DNA from: Paramecium tetraurelia
Lineage: Eukaryota
DNA: 63,960 nt
NCBI GenBank assembly: GCA_000165425.1
Contig: CT868285.1
Coordinates: 434,001-497,960, forward strand
Direction of reading: 5' to 3'
Positions within the stretch are counted from its first letter, which is position 1. Each line of letters begins with the position of its first letter. A program made the translations under genes and the position numbers. Shown here one piece after another: positions 38,271-51,199 of this stretch. The notes below the pieces were generated by a model. That model ran no database searches and was not told where the DNA came from. It saw only the letters and a list, made by a program, of their open reading frames with translations.

Positions 38271-38736
38271 ATATCAATAACAAGGATATCTTATTATTTA
38301 TATTCAATTAAAATAAATTAAATATTATTAATATGTAAAGAAAATGATTTATTCCAATTGATAAACTCTAGACAGAAGTTTATTCATATTAATTAACACA
38401 AACAAAGAACCAAAGAGTTTGAGGTTTTAAAAAGATGAAACAATATCAATTTATTAACATTCTTAATTTGATTTTATTACGAAGATTACCCAATCATATA
38501 AAATTTATTGAATGATAATCATAAAATAAATATAGACTATATAATATTGTCAAGATGATAAACTATATATAATACACATGTTGGATTATTTCAAATTTAA
38601 ACAACTATTAGATCATCTTATATTGTATGTTACTGATAATACAATAATCCAATCATCTAAAATGAGTCTAAGAGTAATGAAATCAAATTCACTTCTCATT
38701 GAATTTGATTACAGATTAATAAATTAAATATAATAT

Positions 38737-39404
38737 ATGTAAAGATCGTTTCCTACCTAATCTCAACCTGTTTTAAGCAGAAAAAGTAAAATTAGTGAAT
38801 TAGAAGAGGTTATTTGATCATTTGAAACTAGAACTTGTTTTCCAAGGTTGGATAATCTCTTTATTGATTAACCAAAAAAAGAATAAGTTTAAACATTACA
38901 ACCAAAAGTTGATTTACTGGAGTAAGCAAAGTAGAGGATTTAATAAAAGAAAGAAACCAATCCTTCTTTTTTTGAAGAGGGAAGAAAGAAATTGGCTGCT
39001 TAGAGAAAAAAGGACACCTTTTTAATTACAGCAGTTAATTCTATCCCATAAAAATAATAATATAAAAAGTAGAGTCAGACATAAGAGTATTATAAAGAAG
39101 AAACTGATTGTAATAATATGCTTAAAGATTTGATTGCTCAAGAGGAAAGACCTTATGATGATTTGGCTGAATTAAGAAGGATGATTGCATAAACTGAATA
39201 ATGCATGGTCGAATATGTGGATGACATGTATATAAATTAATAATTAGGCATAAGTTAAACAAGAATGTCGTAAAATATAATAATGAAGCAAAAAAAATAG
39301 GAATGGGTGTTGATGCTTAATTGTTTGATTTCGTAGATCATAAATGCAACAAATATTTAACTAAGTCAAAGACTACTACAATCATTAAAGATAAAAAATA
39401 TTGA
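38737..39404 (+). CDS. Hypothetical protein (5' end uncertain)
   Basis: Open frame RLDNLFIDQPKK..DLAELRRMIAQTEQCMVEYVDD, a 20-nt intron (gtatataaattaataattag) and TGA at 39402-39404. Confidence 0.6.
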
Positions 39405-39492
39405 ATTGCTATAACATATAAATTAGATAATTATTTTCATTATTAAATGTTCACATAATATTACATAAATATTTTTAAATACATTCTTCTTT

Positions 39493-40434
39493 ATGTAATA
39501 TTACTAAAAGGTGAGACCTATTATAGCTGCTCATCGAGGATTGTCCAGTCTTTATCCAGGTATTTTATATCCCAAACATAGAAAATACATTAGAAGGATT
39601 TAAATCTGCACTTTAATTTTCTGATTTTATCGAATTAGACGTTGTCTTGAACAGAGATAGACTTCCAATTGTTTGTCATGATGCTTTTTTAAGTTTAGTT
39701 AATGATGTTAAAAAACACTATAAATTTGAAAATAGAAAGTAGTCTAGAATTCTTTATGATAAAGAAAAATTAGATTGGTGGATTCTGATTTCACTTTAGA
39801 AGAATTAAAGGAATTACGTTTAACTTAATGCATAAACAATCGAAAAAGTGAATACGATGGACATCTTAAAATACCTTCATTAAAAGAAACTGTTGAGTAT
39901 TTCTTAAAGTATAATCAAAAGATTGACAATAAAAAAGGAATCCTATTAGAAATAAAAGACTATGATTATCATTAATAATACTGCAATATTAATATTGCTG
40001 AAATTATATTTACATTTTTGAAAGAATAAGGTTTGAGTACACTGCGTGAATGCAGTTAAAAACTACCTATTGTTATTATGTCATTTGAAAAGTAAATACT
40101 ATAATATTTTAATAATAATACAGATCTCCCTTTAACATAATTAGTTTGTTTAGAAGATAAAAATATTCCAACAATAACTGAAATTGCTCAATATGCTAAA
40201 ATAATTGGTTTAGACTTAAGATTGGTATGGGAAAATAATTAAACTCATTAATATTATAATGAGGCTAAGGAGAATGGTTTAATTATATATGGATGGACAT
40301 TTTAGGACGATAGTGATGATCTTAAAAAACTGTTCAATGAATAAGATGTAGGAAAAATATATTAAAAAAGTAGTACCTTACTTTAGGGCATTATAACAGA
40401 ATTTCCTTAAGAAGCTGTAAAATTCATACTTTGA
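39493..40434 (+). CDS. Glycerophosphodiester phosphodiesterase (GDPD; one frame break near 39785)
   Basis: IIAAHRGLSSLYPENTLEGF, FIELDV..VCHD, DFTLEELK, ILLEIK, IMSF, YGWTF and GIITEFP. Confidence 0.92.
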
Positions 40435-40959
40435 ATTACTATATTTCTTTGTTTATAATAGTTAAATATGTATTATTTTATAATATTCTCTATTATAATC
40501 ATTTATAAACGTCTAAATTTCTTTAGAGGAACTATAATATTCTTAATTTAAAGTGAGTCTCTTTGTTGGTTAATTACGACAATGTGTTTAAATGGCAATT
40601 TAATAATTTAGATATCAAATAAATGAGTTAAGTCTAATTATTGATGGCTGAAATATGGAAAAAACATTTTGAATAACATAAATCATGAATTTTTTGAGCA
40701 AATAATAAGGAAAGTAGTTTAAAATATTGTAATTGTATGAAAAATATTAAAGATTACAAAAACAGTAGTCCCATATCTGGCATAATAATTACTGAATGCT
40801 AGAACAAAAATATAAGAGTAATTAATGAAAAGAATTTGCTTTAGAGTATCAGATTTATGACTTAAATTAAGAAAATAATAGACAACAATATTTTGAGCAA
40901 TAATGATAAATTAGGTGTTATGAGAGTTCAGCTATTAATTATTAGGAAATATTTGTGAG

Positions 40960-41440
40960 TTTGAAATTATTCATTCAGGTATTTATTCAAACTAGACCAT
41001 TTATAATTATGTAGGTTATCCTCTATGATGTTCAGACCATGCTTCTCTGTAAAACCTTAAGAAAGGTGAGATTAGGATCCAAAATACAATATATACGAAT
41101 CTTATTTCTAAAGCAAGATGATCATCCACTATTTAATTAAAGATTGGTGTCATTACGATGATTGCTAATTTAATGTTATTCTTACTTAATGCTAATTTAG
41201 TGTGCATCATGCCAATCCATTGCTTAGATTGCTGTTTCATTTTATTTTTTGGATCTAGCAAAATTGTGTTAATGAAGCCAGAAGTAATCATAATGAAGGA
41301 CAACATCCATTAAATTAATTTTGATGGATCCTCGTTTTGTGAAGTAAACAAATATTTCCAAATGATATTTCCACTTAGAATGGTGACGGTGGAAATGTGA
41401 AATACCCTAAAGATGTATTTAGACCAAAATAATCTATTAT
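40960..41440 (+). pseudogene. Probable decayed coding relic, possibly CRAL-TRIO/BCH-like
   Basis: Coding-like composition with fragments in shifting frames (RPFIIMQ, HHANPLLRLLF, IFPNDISTQNGDGG). TGA stops occur in every frame. Confidence 0.3.
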
Positions 41441-41682
41441 ACATTAATTATGAATAAATAAATAATTAATCCATTGAAAATAAATATTAACTAAAATAAT
41501 ACAATAATTGAGTACTTAATATTAAGGAGTATTCAAATGTGTATATGAACTATTTCATATCTCATAATAAATGAATTGAATAAATATTTATATTCTTAAT
41601 TAGTAAACAATTTAATACAATTACTTCTATAATTTGAATCAGACTTGTTTATAATTGAAATCAAAACCAAATCCTCGATATA

Positions 41683-41765
41683 GCACACATGCCCGAGTGG
41701 TCTAAGGGGCCGCACTCAAGATGCGGTGAGTCATTCTCGCGTGAGTTCAAATCTCACTGTGTGCA
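41683..41765 (+). tRNA. tRNA-Leu(CAA)
   Basis: Acceptor stem GCACACA/TGTGTGC; D arm GCCCGAGTGGTCTAAGGGG; anticodon arm CCGCA-CT-CAA-GA-TGCGG; long variable arm; T loop GTTCAAATC. Followed by a T-run Pol III terminator. Confidence 0.97.
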
Positions 41766-41794
41766 ATTTTTTATTTTTATAAATAATATCATAT

Positions 41795-42975
41795 TCATTT
41801 AAATACTTTTTCAACAATCCATAAGCAAGAAGTTGTTAGCTTAGAAGTCAATATGACTTCATATTAGGTTGATTGCATTTCGGATAATGATGGTCCTTAA
41901 CATAAATATTTATTCATAGGTTAATACAAAACGAAGAATGGTTTACCAACAATCAATTATTAATTATCAATTGCTTTAAATAGTAATTCTATAAATACTT
42001 GAAATATTAAATGATTGTTGCATTGATGATTACATGGCTGTGACTTAATGACCATTCTTTGATTTGGCTAGGTTTTTCTCATCCACACACAAATATTTGT
42101 TGGTTTCTTGATGAATCAAATTAATTGGCATTTGATGTTGGATTTACTTTTATGCCATCTGATAAGTTTATTGTATCACCCACCAATCATTGGCTATGCT
42201 TGTTAATACAATAATCATACCATCTCTCTCATAGCTAAAACATGTAACTTCTTGCATTCCAGTAGATGCGTATGTATTTTTATGAGAATGTAAAGAGTAT
42301 CCACTTTTATAATTTCTAATTATTATTTTATCGTCAGCCAAGATTTCTTTAATGTTCATCGTAAACTTCCAATGTTGGTTGAATTTAAAACTGACTGAGT
42401 TTCTCTGGGGTCAATTTAATAATTTACCAATTGTTGTACTCACTTTCTTTCCCACAAGAGACTTCCTTAAATTAGTTGATTTATTTGAATGTATAATTCT
42501 TTTGTGATGTCTCTAAATAATCGATTAACTTTGTAGTTTAGATCTTTAATGGTACACCATTCTAAATTGCATGATTCTTTGTTTAGAATATCTGCTCTCC
42601 CAGTTATTGCAATATGAAAGGGTAATTTTCCAATCTAGTTTAATTCAAGGAAACTCTGATTTAATTAGTAACTTCTGAATGCTTCTGGAATTCGTATATC
42701 AAATACATCTTAGTGCTGAGGTTCTTGAAATATACCACATCTCCATAACTGATTCTATTAGAGTCATCAAACACTTTAACTATGGTCCAAAGTGTGTAAT
42801 AGTTATCAGGATCATCACTCCCGACCACATAATAATTATTGACATTGACTGTACTTCCAAACAACAATCCTTTTTCTTAAGTATTAAACCCTGTAGCAGT
42901 CAAGTAAGCTCCTGTCAAATAGTTTCTAATTTACACTACTTCTCTTACTAATATATCTTAATCCATTTGATACAT
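41795..42975 (-). CDS. MIR-domain (beta-trefoil) protein, SDF2-like but without an obvious signal peptide
   Basis: Repeats IRNYLTGAYL, YGDVVYFKNLSTKMYL and IRNYKSGYSLHSHKNTYASTGMQEVTCF..NDWWVI. Confidence 0.8.
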
Positions 42976-43249
42976 ATTTATTTTATATTCTGTATATAAA
43001 TTTCTTTAAATTCTAAAATATACTCACTTCAACTTAAATAATGTTCTAAACATAATAACAACAATTCACTTTAGTAATCACTCTGAAAGTGGACTATCCA
43101 TATAATTTAGATACCTTTGGTCAATACTAATATATTTGACACTAACACGAGAATTGAGTTTCCCAATGAAGGAACTCCTAATAATTATTCTTACAATGCT
43201 ATAATAAAACCCAAATATTTTACCACAAAAATAAATATTATTATTGTAT

Positions 43250-45544
43250 ATGCAAATTTTGGATCAACAATAGTCAGATTACAAACCTCCATCTAAACCT
43301 CCTAGAAGTTAGAACATCTCTAAATATTTCTAATTGATGAAATTCTGCTCCAATCATTATGAAATTAAGTTCTTAAAAAACTTACATCTATAATTATATA
43401 GCATAACATTTGTAAATGAGTTACCTAAAGAATAATAAAATGAATTGATCATGCATGTTTCCAGTTCCGCTTAGTTTCTTAGAAAAAATGGAATTAATAG
43501 ATTTTGGATAAGTGGTTATAATTTATGGAGTTTTGACTATGTAGAAAAACCATTCTAAGTTCCAGGTTGTAAACAACTATCAAATATTAATTTGCTTATC
43601 AAACATGTCAAAACTTATAATCTAACTTAAAATTTAGATTTGATACCTCATGAAAGTCTTAAATAAGCTATGAATGCTATTCTAAGCTAAATATATTAAG
43701 AAAGAAATCTAAAATAGATATTTCGAAAAGGACAATTCTTTGATAAAGACAAGATTGAGAAGATCAATGATGTTTAGATTTTATAAGGATTCACAAGCGT
43801 TCTGCAAATGGGCTAATCATCCCCACTATTGTTGATTGACTTTAAAACTAAGGTATTTAATAAGCAAACAGTATTGCACTTCATTAAAGAAAACAAAAAA
43901 TCAAAGAGTCCTGTTGATCTTTAAACCTTCTTTGAAAATAAAACCTTTATGACTATTTATTCCAAAAGAATGTACAGAATTAAATCAATTGACTTTAAAT
44001 CTAACCCCACTTGCAAAATGGAATCCCTAGACGTATCTTATGAGTAATATTACTATCAAAGGTACAAAATTACACTCTCTGATTTGACATAACCTTTACT
44101 GGTGCATGAAGATAGGAAAACAAAATAGACCATAAGACTGATCCCTGAATTGTTGTATATGATTGAATTGACTACTGCTTAAAAAAACAACTTTAAAGTC
44201 ATGAATAATATAAAACAACAAACAACGTTGGATCCATTGGAAAGAAGCAATAAGATTGAAAATGAAAGGACCTTGCTTGATAAGTATTTCAGCAATCATT
44301 CAATCAGCATATCAAATAATTCAGCTACACCTGCATACAAGATTGTTAAACCTGCCTTAATACCTGAGGCCAGTATCAAATAGACAGACGGTGCATGCTT
44401 TAATATCAGAGGCAAATTAATAGAGTAATCAAACATCAATAATTGGATATTGATACATTATAATGAAGAATAACAAGTCGCCAGTCTATTTACTCAAGAA
44501 TTCATTAGGGCTACAAAAGAGTTGGGGAACTAAATCAGTCCCCCAAGAAAAGTTGTTATGAATAATTTGGATCCTGCAGCATGGTCATAGGCATTACTCA
44601 ATAATTTTAATACTAATGGTAAGCCTTAGATTGTTGTATCCATTCTAGACAGACATGAGGATTCCAAACTCTATAATGAATTAAAGAAGTTCTTGATTTC
44701 TGTTTAAGGAGTCCTTCATTAAAATGTTTCAATCCAAACTGTTGATTCCAAGAAATTCTCTAAAATTGCTTAATAAATTGTAAAATAGGTTCACAGTAAA
44801 ATAGGAAAGTAATTGTGGAACATCTAAAAAATTACTGAAATATCTGAAAAGATTATGATAATAGGTATTGACGTTTATCATAAGACTCTCGCAAATAACA
44901 AATCTTGTGTAGGATTCAATGCCCAGTTTGGTTAATAGAGTGAAAAGCACTTTACAAAGACCATTATAGTTGAAAAAGGAAAAGAATTAAATAAGGGGGT
45001 GGGCTAGCTATTAAATTTGAGTCTATAACAATATCAGAAATAAAATAAACAGTACCCAGACACTATTGTAATATTTAGAGATGGAGTAGGTAATTCATAA
45101 ATTAATGACTTAATTGAAATCGAACTCAAAGCCATGAAGTCCGTTATTCAATAGACATATAACATTAAATTACCATAATTCGCTTATATTGTCGTAAATA
45201 AAAGAATAAGTGATAAATTTTTCTCATCAAATAATGAAAACAATGGAATGATATTTCCAGAGAGAGTGACATCTAAGGAATTTGACTTCTTTTTAATAGC
45301 TCAATAAGTTAATCAAGGTACACCTATCCCAACTCATTACACTGTGATTGAAAATACAACAAATTGGAATGAAGATACTTTCTGGAGATTCACTTACTTT
45401 TAATGTTTTAATTACAGAAATTGGTCAGGACCTGTGAAAATACCTGCTTGTCTATAAAATGCTCATACAGTGGCATATAGAGTAGGAGAAGTTATATAGA
45501 GTGATGCACATGTATCATTAGAAAGTTTATTGTATTTTTTATGA
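43250..45544 (+). CDS. Piwi-clade Argonaute (PTIWI family; paralog not assigned)
   Basis: Apparently intronless 765-codon frame. PAZ (MYRIKSIDF, YYYQRYKITLSDLTQPLL), MID (YNELKK, HQNV, VHSKIG) and PIWI (IGIDVYH, FRDGV, VVNKRI, QGTPIPTHY, NWSGPVKIPACLQNAH). Confidence 0.97.
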
Positions 45545-45624
45545 TATGTATTTTTATTCAAAAAAAAACAATTAACTATCTCCATGAAAATGATTAACTT
45601 ATACTTAAAATCAAAAAGGGAAAC

Positions 45625-46141
45625 TCATATATTCTATTATCGAAAGTAATCACTAAAACTTAATTTCTTTAATCCATCTTTATATACTTTTAATGCTAAG
45701 ATTTCTTAACTTTACTCTACAATTTTAGTCTATTATTCATATAAAAGCTATTTTAATTATTCATTCTCCTGTTTCAACTCTTCCATTTCTTGTGCTTGGT
45801 CATGATTCTGTTGTAATAACATTAAGATTCTCAATTCTAATTGTTACTATTCTTCATTCTTTTATTACACATATTCTAAGTCGTTATTGATAAATATTAC
45901 TATATTCTAGTTCCTAAACATATTCTTATAACTTTTATTATTCCTTGACCTTATTAACAGTTTCAGCAGCTTCACTTCTAATTCTTGTGCCATTTTTTTA
46001 AATTGAATTCACTTTCACACCTGAACTTCCACTTACTCTTACTAATTTTTCTGGAGTAATAAATTTTTATTAAGGTATTGGTGAATGAGATGAATTATGA
46101 GAATTTCTCATATATAAGGAATGAGAGGGAGTTCTTATCAT
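45625..46141 (-). CDS. Small hypothetical coiled-coil protein
   Basis: MIRTPSHSLYMR...EELKQENEQLKQLL...*, with one probable tiny intron. Confidence 0.6.
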
Positions 46142-46792
46142 TTGAAATTTGATTTATTTGAAATATTAACTTCAAATTATGAATAATTTATTATCATATT
46201 CAATAAATAATGCATAATGTTTTTAAACACAGATCTATTACATCATCTTATTTAATCCTTAAATTCCCTAAGTTATACCCATTATCATTTCAATAATCAC
46301 TTGATAAATTATTTTGGTTGGTAACTACTTTGATGGCTTGACTTTGCAAACTCTATTAAAACTGAGGTTACAGCAATTAATTTGATTGAATATGCTATTA
46401 TAACACTAAGCAATCATTAGTTTCCAAAGCCTAAGGATATCCTTGAGAATTGTGAGAGTTGAGTTCTGATTAATTAATAATGATGTTCTTTTTAATCTAT
46501 TTAGTAAATAATAAGACTGAAATGATAATTATTCAAATTAGTTAATGGGAGTACTTGATATAATAACATATTATTTGTATGTAATAAAGCAATCGATATC
46601 TATTAAAACCAACTTCAAATTTTCAACTTATTATTAGCTTCATTATGAACTCAGATAACTTGATTAGCCTATAGTCAATTATTGAATTTATAATATTACT
46701 AATTTTGATTTGATTTGAACTTTGTTAAGTGTTCTTAGTTAATAACATTTAATAAATAAAATTTATTAATTTTTACTAATTTGTTTGTTAAT

Positions 46793-48184
46793 ATGACTCA
46801 TTATAGTAAACAAGGTAATTTATTTTTTGCATCTTAGATCCCAGTGGTTAATGGTCAAGATTGATCGAAAGACAAAGAATATCATAAGAAATGCAAGAAA
46901 AATAAGAGAAAGAAGAGTAAGAAAATAGAAAGCGGTTATACAGGTATTATAATTCAAATGAAAATAGAGAAGAATTGGAAAGATTAATTAATGAATAGAA
47001 GCAATCAACTATTTAGAAAACAAAATACGATTCTGAATTCGCTGGAGCTATGCAAAAATTCTTACATGAGAGAGACAGTGTTGAACAATTGAAATTGCAG
47101 GAACTTAAACAAAAACAATCTGAATTCATTAGATATAGTCTAGAACAAGAATAAATGAAGAAAGAATAATAAGTACCTCTATTTTAGTTACCTTAAAGCG
47201 ACTCAACTTTCTCTAAGAAAGATAGTAGCAATTTTAAATTGGATAAATGATGGATCAAGCAGAAAAAAAGGATTTCTATCTAAAATAATAGAAAAAGGAA
47301 CAAGTGCAAAAAGACTTAGCATAATCTTATGCTTAACAAGAAGAATAAAAAAAAATGGATTAATATTTGGCCAGATAGAGAGAATAAGAGATTCTTCAAG
47401 AACAATTACAAAGAAGTTAAAAAGAGGAAGAGTAAAGATTATTAGTAATCAATTATGATTATCAATTAGCATCTAAGCAAAATTAAGTATGGATATCATC
47501 AGAATGAAAATGTTCTGTAGAAATACAATGATCTTTATTTGCAAAAAGAATATAGAGACAAAGAACTTCAAAGAAAATTTATTGAAGAAGCTGCATCATA
47601 TAAGTAACGATAAGAAGAAGAAAAATATATTATGGAGAGAGTGAATAAGGAAAAATTACAAAGGGATACTGTTGACACCATCTTAAATCAAATACACTCT
47701 AAACAACAGAGTTAAAGAGAACAATAGAACAGCAAATATAAAGATCAGGAATTCTTACTTGGACTTCATCAAAAATTCCAAATGCAAGAGAAAGAACAAA
47801 GTGATAGGAGGAATCTATAACAATAATAATATAGATAAGACCTAATTATGTAAATTGAGGAAGACAAAAATAGAAAATAATAGGAAGCATCAATGAGTAT
47901 GGTTGAGTTAAATATGAATAAGAAAATATTTGAAGTACAAATATCCTCCTATTTAAATAGGCCGAAGATGATCCCCAATTAGCTGGTATTGGAGTTGTTC
48001 CTGGATTATCAAATCATGTTGACTATGAAAAACTAAAATAAAAGTAATTTGATTTCTACCTTATAGAGCATACGTGGATGGCACGTTCAAAAAATCAGCA
48101 GAATAATAGATGCAATTTAAGAGATTAAGAAATGTAAGTGCATACATTGCTGGTAATAATGTTACTTAAAATTATGGTTATTGA
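46793..48184 (+). CDS. Coiled-coil protein, trichohyalin-like (possibly cytoskeletal or ciliary)
   Basis: MTHYSKQDPSGQWSRLIERQ, long E/Q/K/R helices and MSMVELNMNKKIFE; five tiny introns. Confidence 0.7.
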
Positions 48185-48208
48185 TATATATATCTTTAAT
48201 ATTACCAT

Positions 48209-51149
48209 TCATTTGTTTTGAGGATTGTCTTCAACTATCTTTAAAATCACTTTTTTATCCAAAATTGTCGGTGATTTTTATATACTCTCAAATAGTATTT
48301 AAATACCCTAATAGATTAAACTAAACTAAGTACTTTTGTTAAAAAGAATCTTTGTAAAATATTCATCGAATTATCGAGGAGGAAATCTTCAAGATTATTT
48401 TCAAACTGTTACTCTAAATATATAGACTAAAGATTCTAGATATATTCGTCAATGTTCTACAATAATATATCTTTTTACTTGAGAGGCTGCATCCAATAGA
48501 GAGCACATCTCAGTATCTTTCTTATTTTAAATGATAGGTTTTAGTACTTCCTATGTCCACTTTTCATTTGAACCAAAAGTACCTATTGCAATATCTATTA
48601 AATTTTGCAATTAGCCATTCCAAAATTTAGGCTCCGTATACAGAAAATGCTCTTACATCTAAAATGCAATCACCAGCTTTAAGCTTTTTAAATCTGCTTC
48701 AGTAACACTCTTATTTTACATCATTTTGCTAATTATTCCTAATGGGAAAATGTGTTTTAAGTTTATGGCAACAGTATAAAAAAAGGATGATTGAGGAGTA
48801 TGTTTTGCTAATTTCATGTACTTTTGCAAGGCTTATAACGCTTCAATGAAATTATTATTATTGTATTAATCCAAGAGGTATTAAATCATGCATTGCAATT
48901 TCAAAGCTGATTTGTATTCTTCAATTGAAGTTTAGTATTCCTGAGCAGTAGGGAAATGTTGTACTTTGTTGTTTCCTAACTTGTTCAATTCCTCTAAGAT
49001 TTAGGTCTTTACTATTTCCTTAAGTCCTGGTTGACTAAATAATCCACCAGTTTCTGGCATAATTTTAATTATAGCATTGTCTAATATTGTCCATTTGAAT
49101 AATCTTTCATCAGGTTTGATTTTCAAATACATAGAATAGTTTTCTAAGTAAGGAGGTTTGACTGGGAAAGGTGGATATTATTTCTATTAATATTTTCGCT
49201 ATTTTTCATTTGCAATTTCTAGATATTGTTGATATTTTGTAATAATCTATTCAATTTTGTTCATTAATTATTGCTATTCAACTTCCTATTTTAACTTTTC
49301 ATTATCTTAATTAAGAAACTCTCTTTGCTGTTTAGATAGTAATAATCCATATCCGTCAGTCAGATACTTTTTTGTATCTTCACTTGTACTAAATAACTTT
49401 AATTTCACCATTGAGTTTTAAGCAAATTTTGCATTGTCTTCTTTTACATATTAGATTAAATAAGCACTTTTAGAATTAGATTAATCTCCGAAAGCATTTT
49501 TTAGTACATTCTATTCTACTTCCTCATGAACATTAATATCATTAAAATAATACCATTTTTGATCATCAAGATTATAAATATAAGCATAATAATGGCCAGC
49601 ATCAGGATTGCCTTCATGCATCAAAATTGATTGTAAGATATACTTTTATTTCTTCAAAGAATTGTAGCTTTCTGAAATTTTTTATTCTATTTCTTTTCTC
49701 TCTTTTTATAAACAATCTCTTTTTTTTATAAAATGTTAATGATATTCTGATATTGATTTAATTGAAGCTTTATTATCACTGCTATCTACAAAGAATTGAT
49801 GTTATTTTTCATTTGAATTTTGTAATTTCAAGAATTATAGAGTGGTTTCTAGATTCTAAATAATATCAATGTTTCCATTAAATTATGTTAAAGTTGCCAA
49901 TTCCTAATCGATTTTCTTCAATCTGTCTCTCATTTATTAATTTTATGTTTATATATCCTTTGCTAACTTTTGATTTGATAAGAGGTATCTATCTATATAG
50001 ATTTCCTTTTCAAAATGGAAAAAAGAATTAATTTTAGTAAAGGATCCTAATATATTAAGTTATTTAAATACCAAATTCTTTGCTATATTCCACCCGTTAT
50101 ATCTAAAATGTAAGTACTTATGGGGCCGATTAAATCCAAAATTATTTGATTGCTTATTGATACTCATCCTTTTCATTTTTGTATTCTACAGCCTGATTCA
50201 TATATTTATCAAATCCTTCAAATAAGGACTTGCTATTCACATCAATTTAGATGATATTGAACATTTCTTATTAGCAATCTTTGCTAGCCTACCCCTTTCT
50301 TATTATTTAAGGAGAGAATTTACCATAGAATAACTTAAACACCATAGAGTTTTCTGCAATGACTGATGATTGTCGAATTAATAATGATTTTTATGAGATC
50401 ATACTATTTGTGTTCGAATCAGGAAAATGAATTGTTGGAAATTGCACAATTGATTAACCTGGCAATTATTATTTTATCGATTACTAACTCTAGGAAGTGC
50501 TGGTCTTTTATAAGGATTAGGTTAAGTATGTTATGCCTTCATCAATTCTTGATAGAAAATAATTATTAAATTCACTAACATCTTTTTGATCCCCAATAGG
50601 CAAAGCTTTACCAAAATCATCACAGATTGAGAGAATGACCTTCTTAGGGTCTACAAATTATCTGTCACTTCCAATCATAAGTACGAAAAGACTTTATAGA
50701 TTTTTAACCAGCTCAATTGAGTTTACAACTCTCTTATCAACTATATTTGATAGATTAACATGATCAAATTTGCATTTCACTATGGAGGACACAAAATCAT
50801 AGATAAAATAATAGGTTTGTAGAAGAGAATTAAAATAGCAGGTATTTCCTACATTCAGCAATCCACAAGGGACATAATTTTATCTAACTTTTCCGATTGG
50901 CATATATTATTAATGTAATGTTAATGATGCTGCCACTGCTACTTAGATATCATCGTTAAATTATTGATTGATCGGATTCATTATAAACGATTGATTTCTC
51001 ATTCCTTACAAGAGCTATTGGAAAAGAGACATATTTCCAGATGAAGCATTCCATGCTTATCTAATGTCAAATTCTGAGTAGCCGTTTCTTCTCTCTTACT
51101 GAAGTATAGCATTATCTAAAGGTTTTTGCAATTATTATGATGATTGCAT
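48209..51149 (-). CDS. Ubiquitin-specific protease, USP25/28-like with N-terminal UBA/UIM-like segments
   Basis: UIM-like DDIQVAVAASL; Cys box PCGLLNVGNTCYFNSLLQ; QKDVSEF; His box ILMHEGNPDAGHYYAYIY..WYYFND. Confidence 0.95.
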
Positions 51150-51199
51150 AAAAAATATATTTTATATAATTTTAATATCAACTGTTTTTGAATTCAAAA

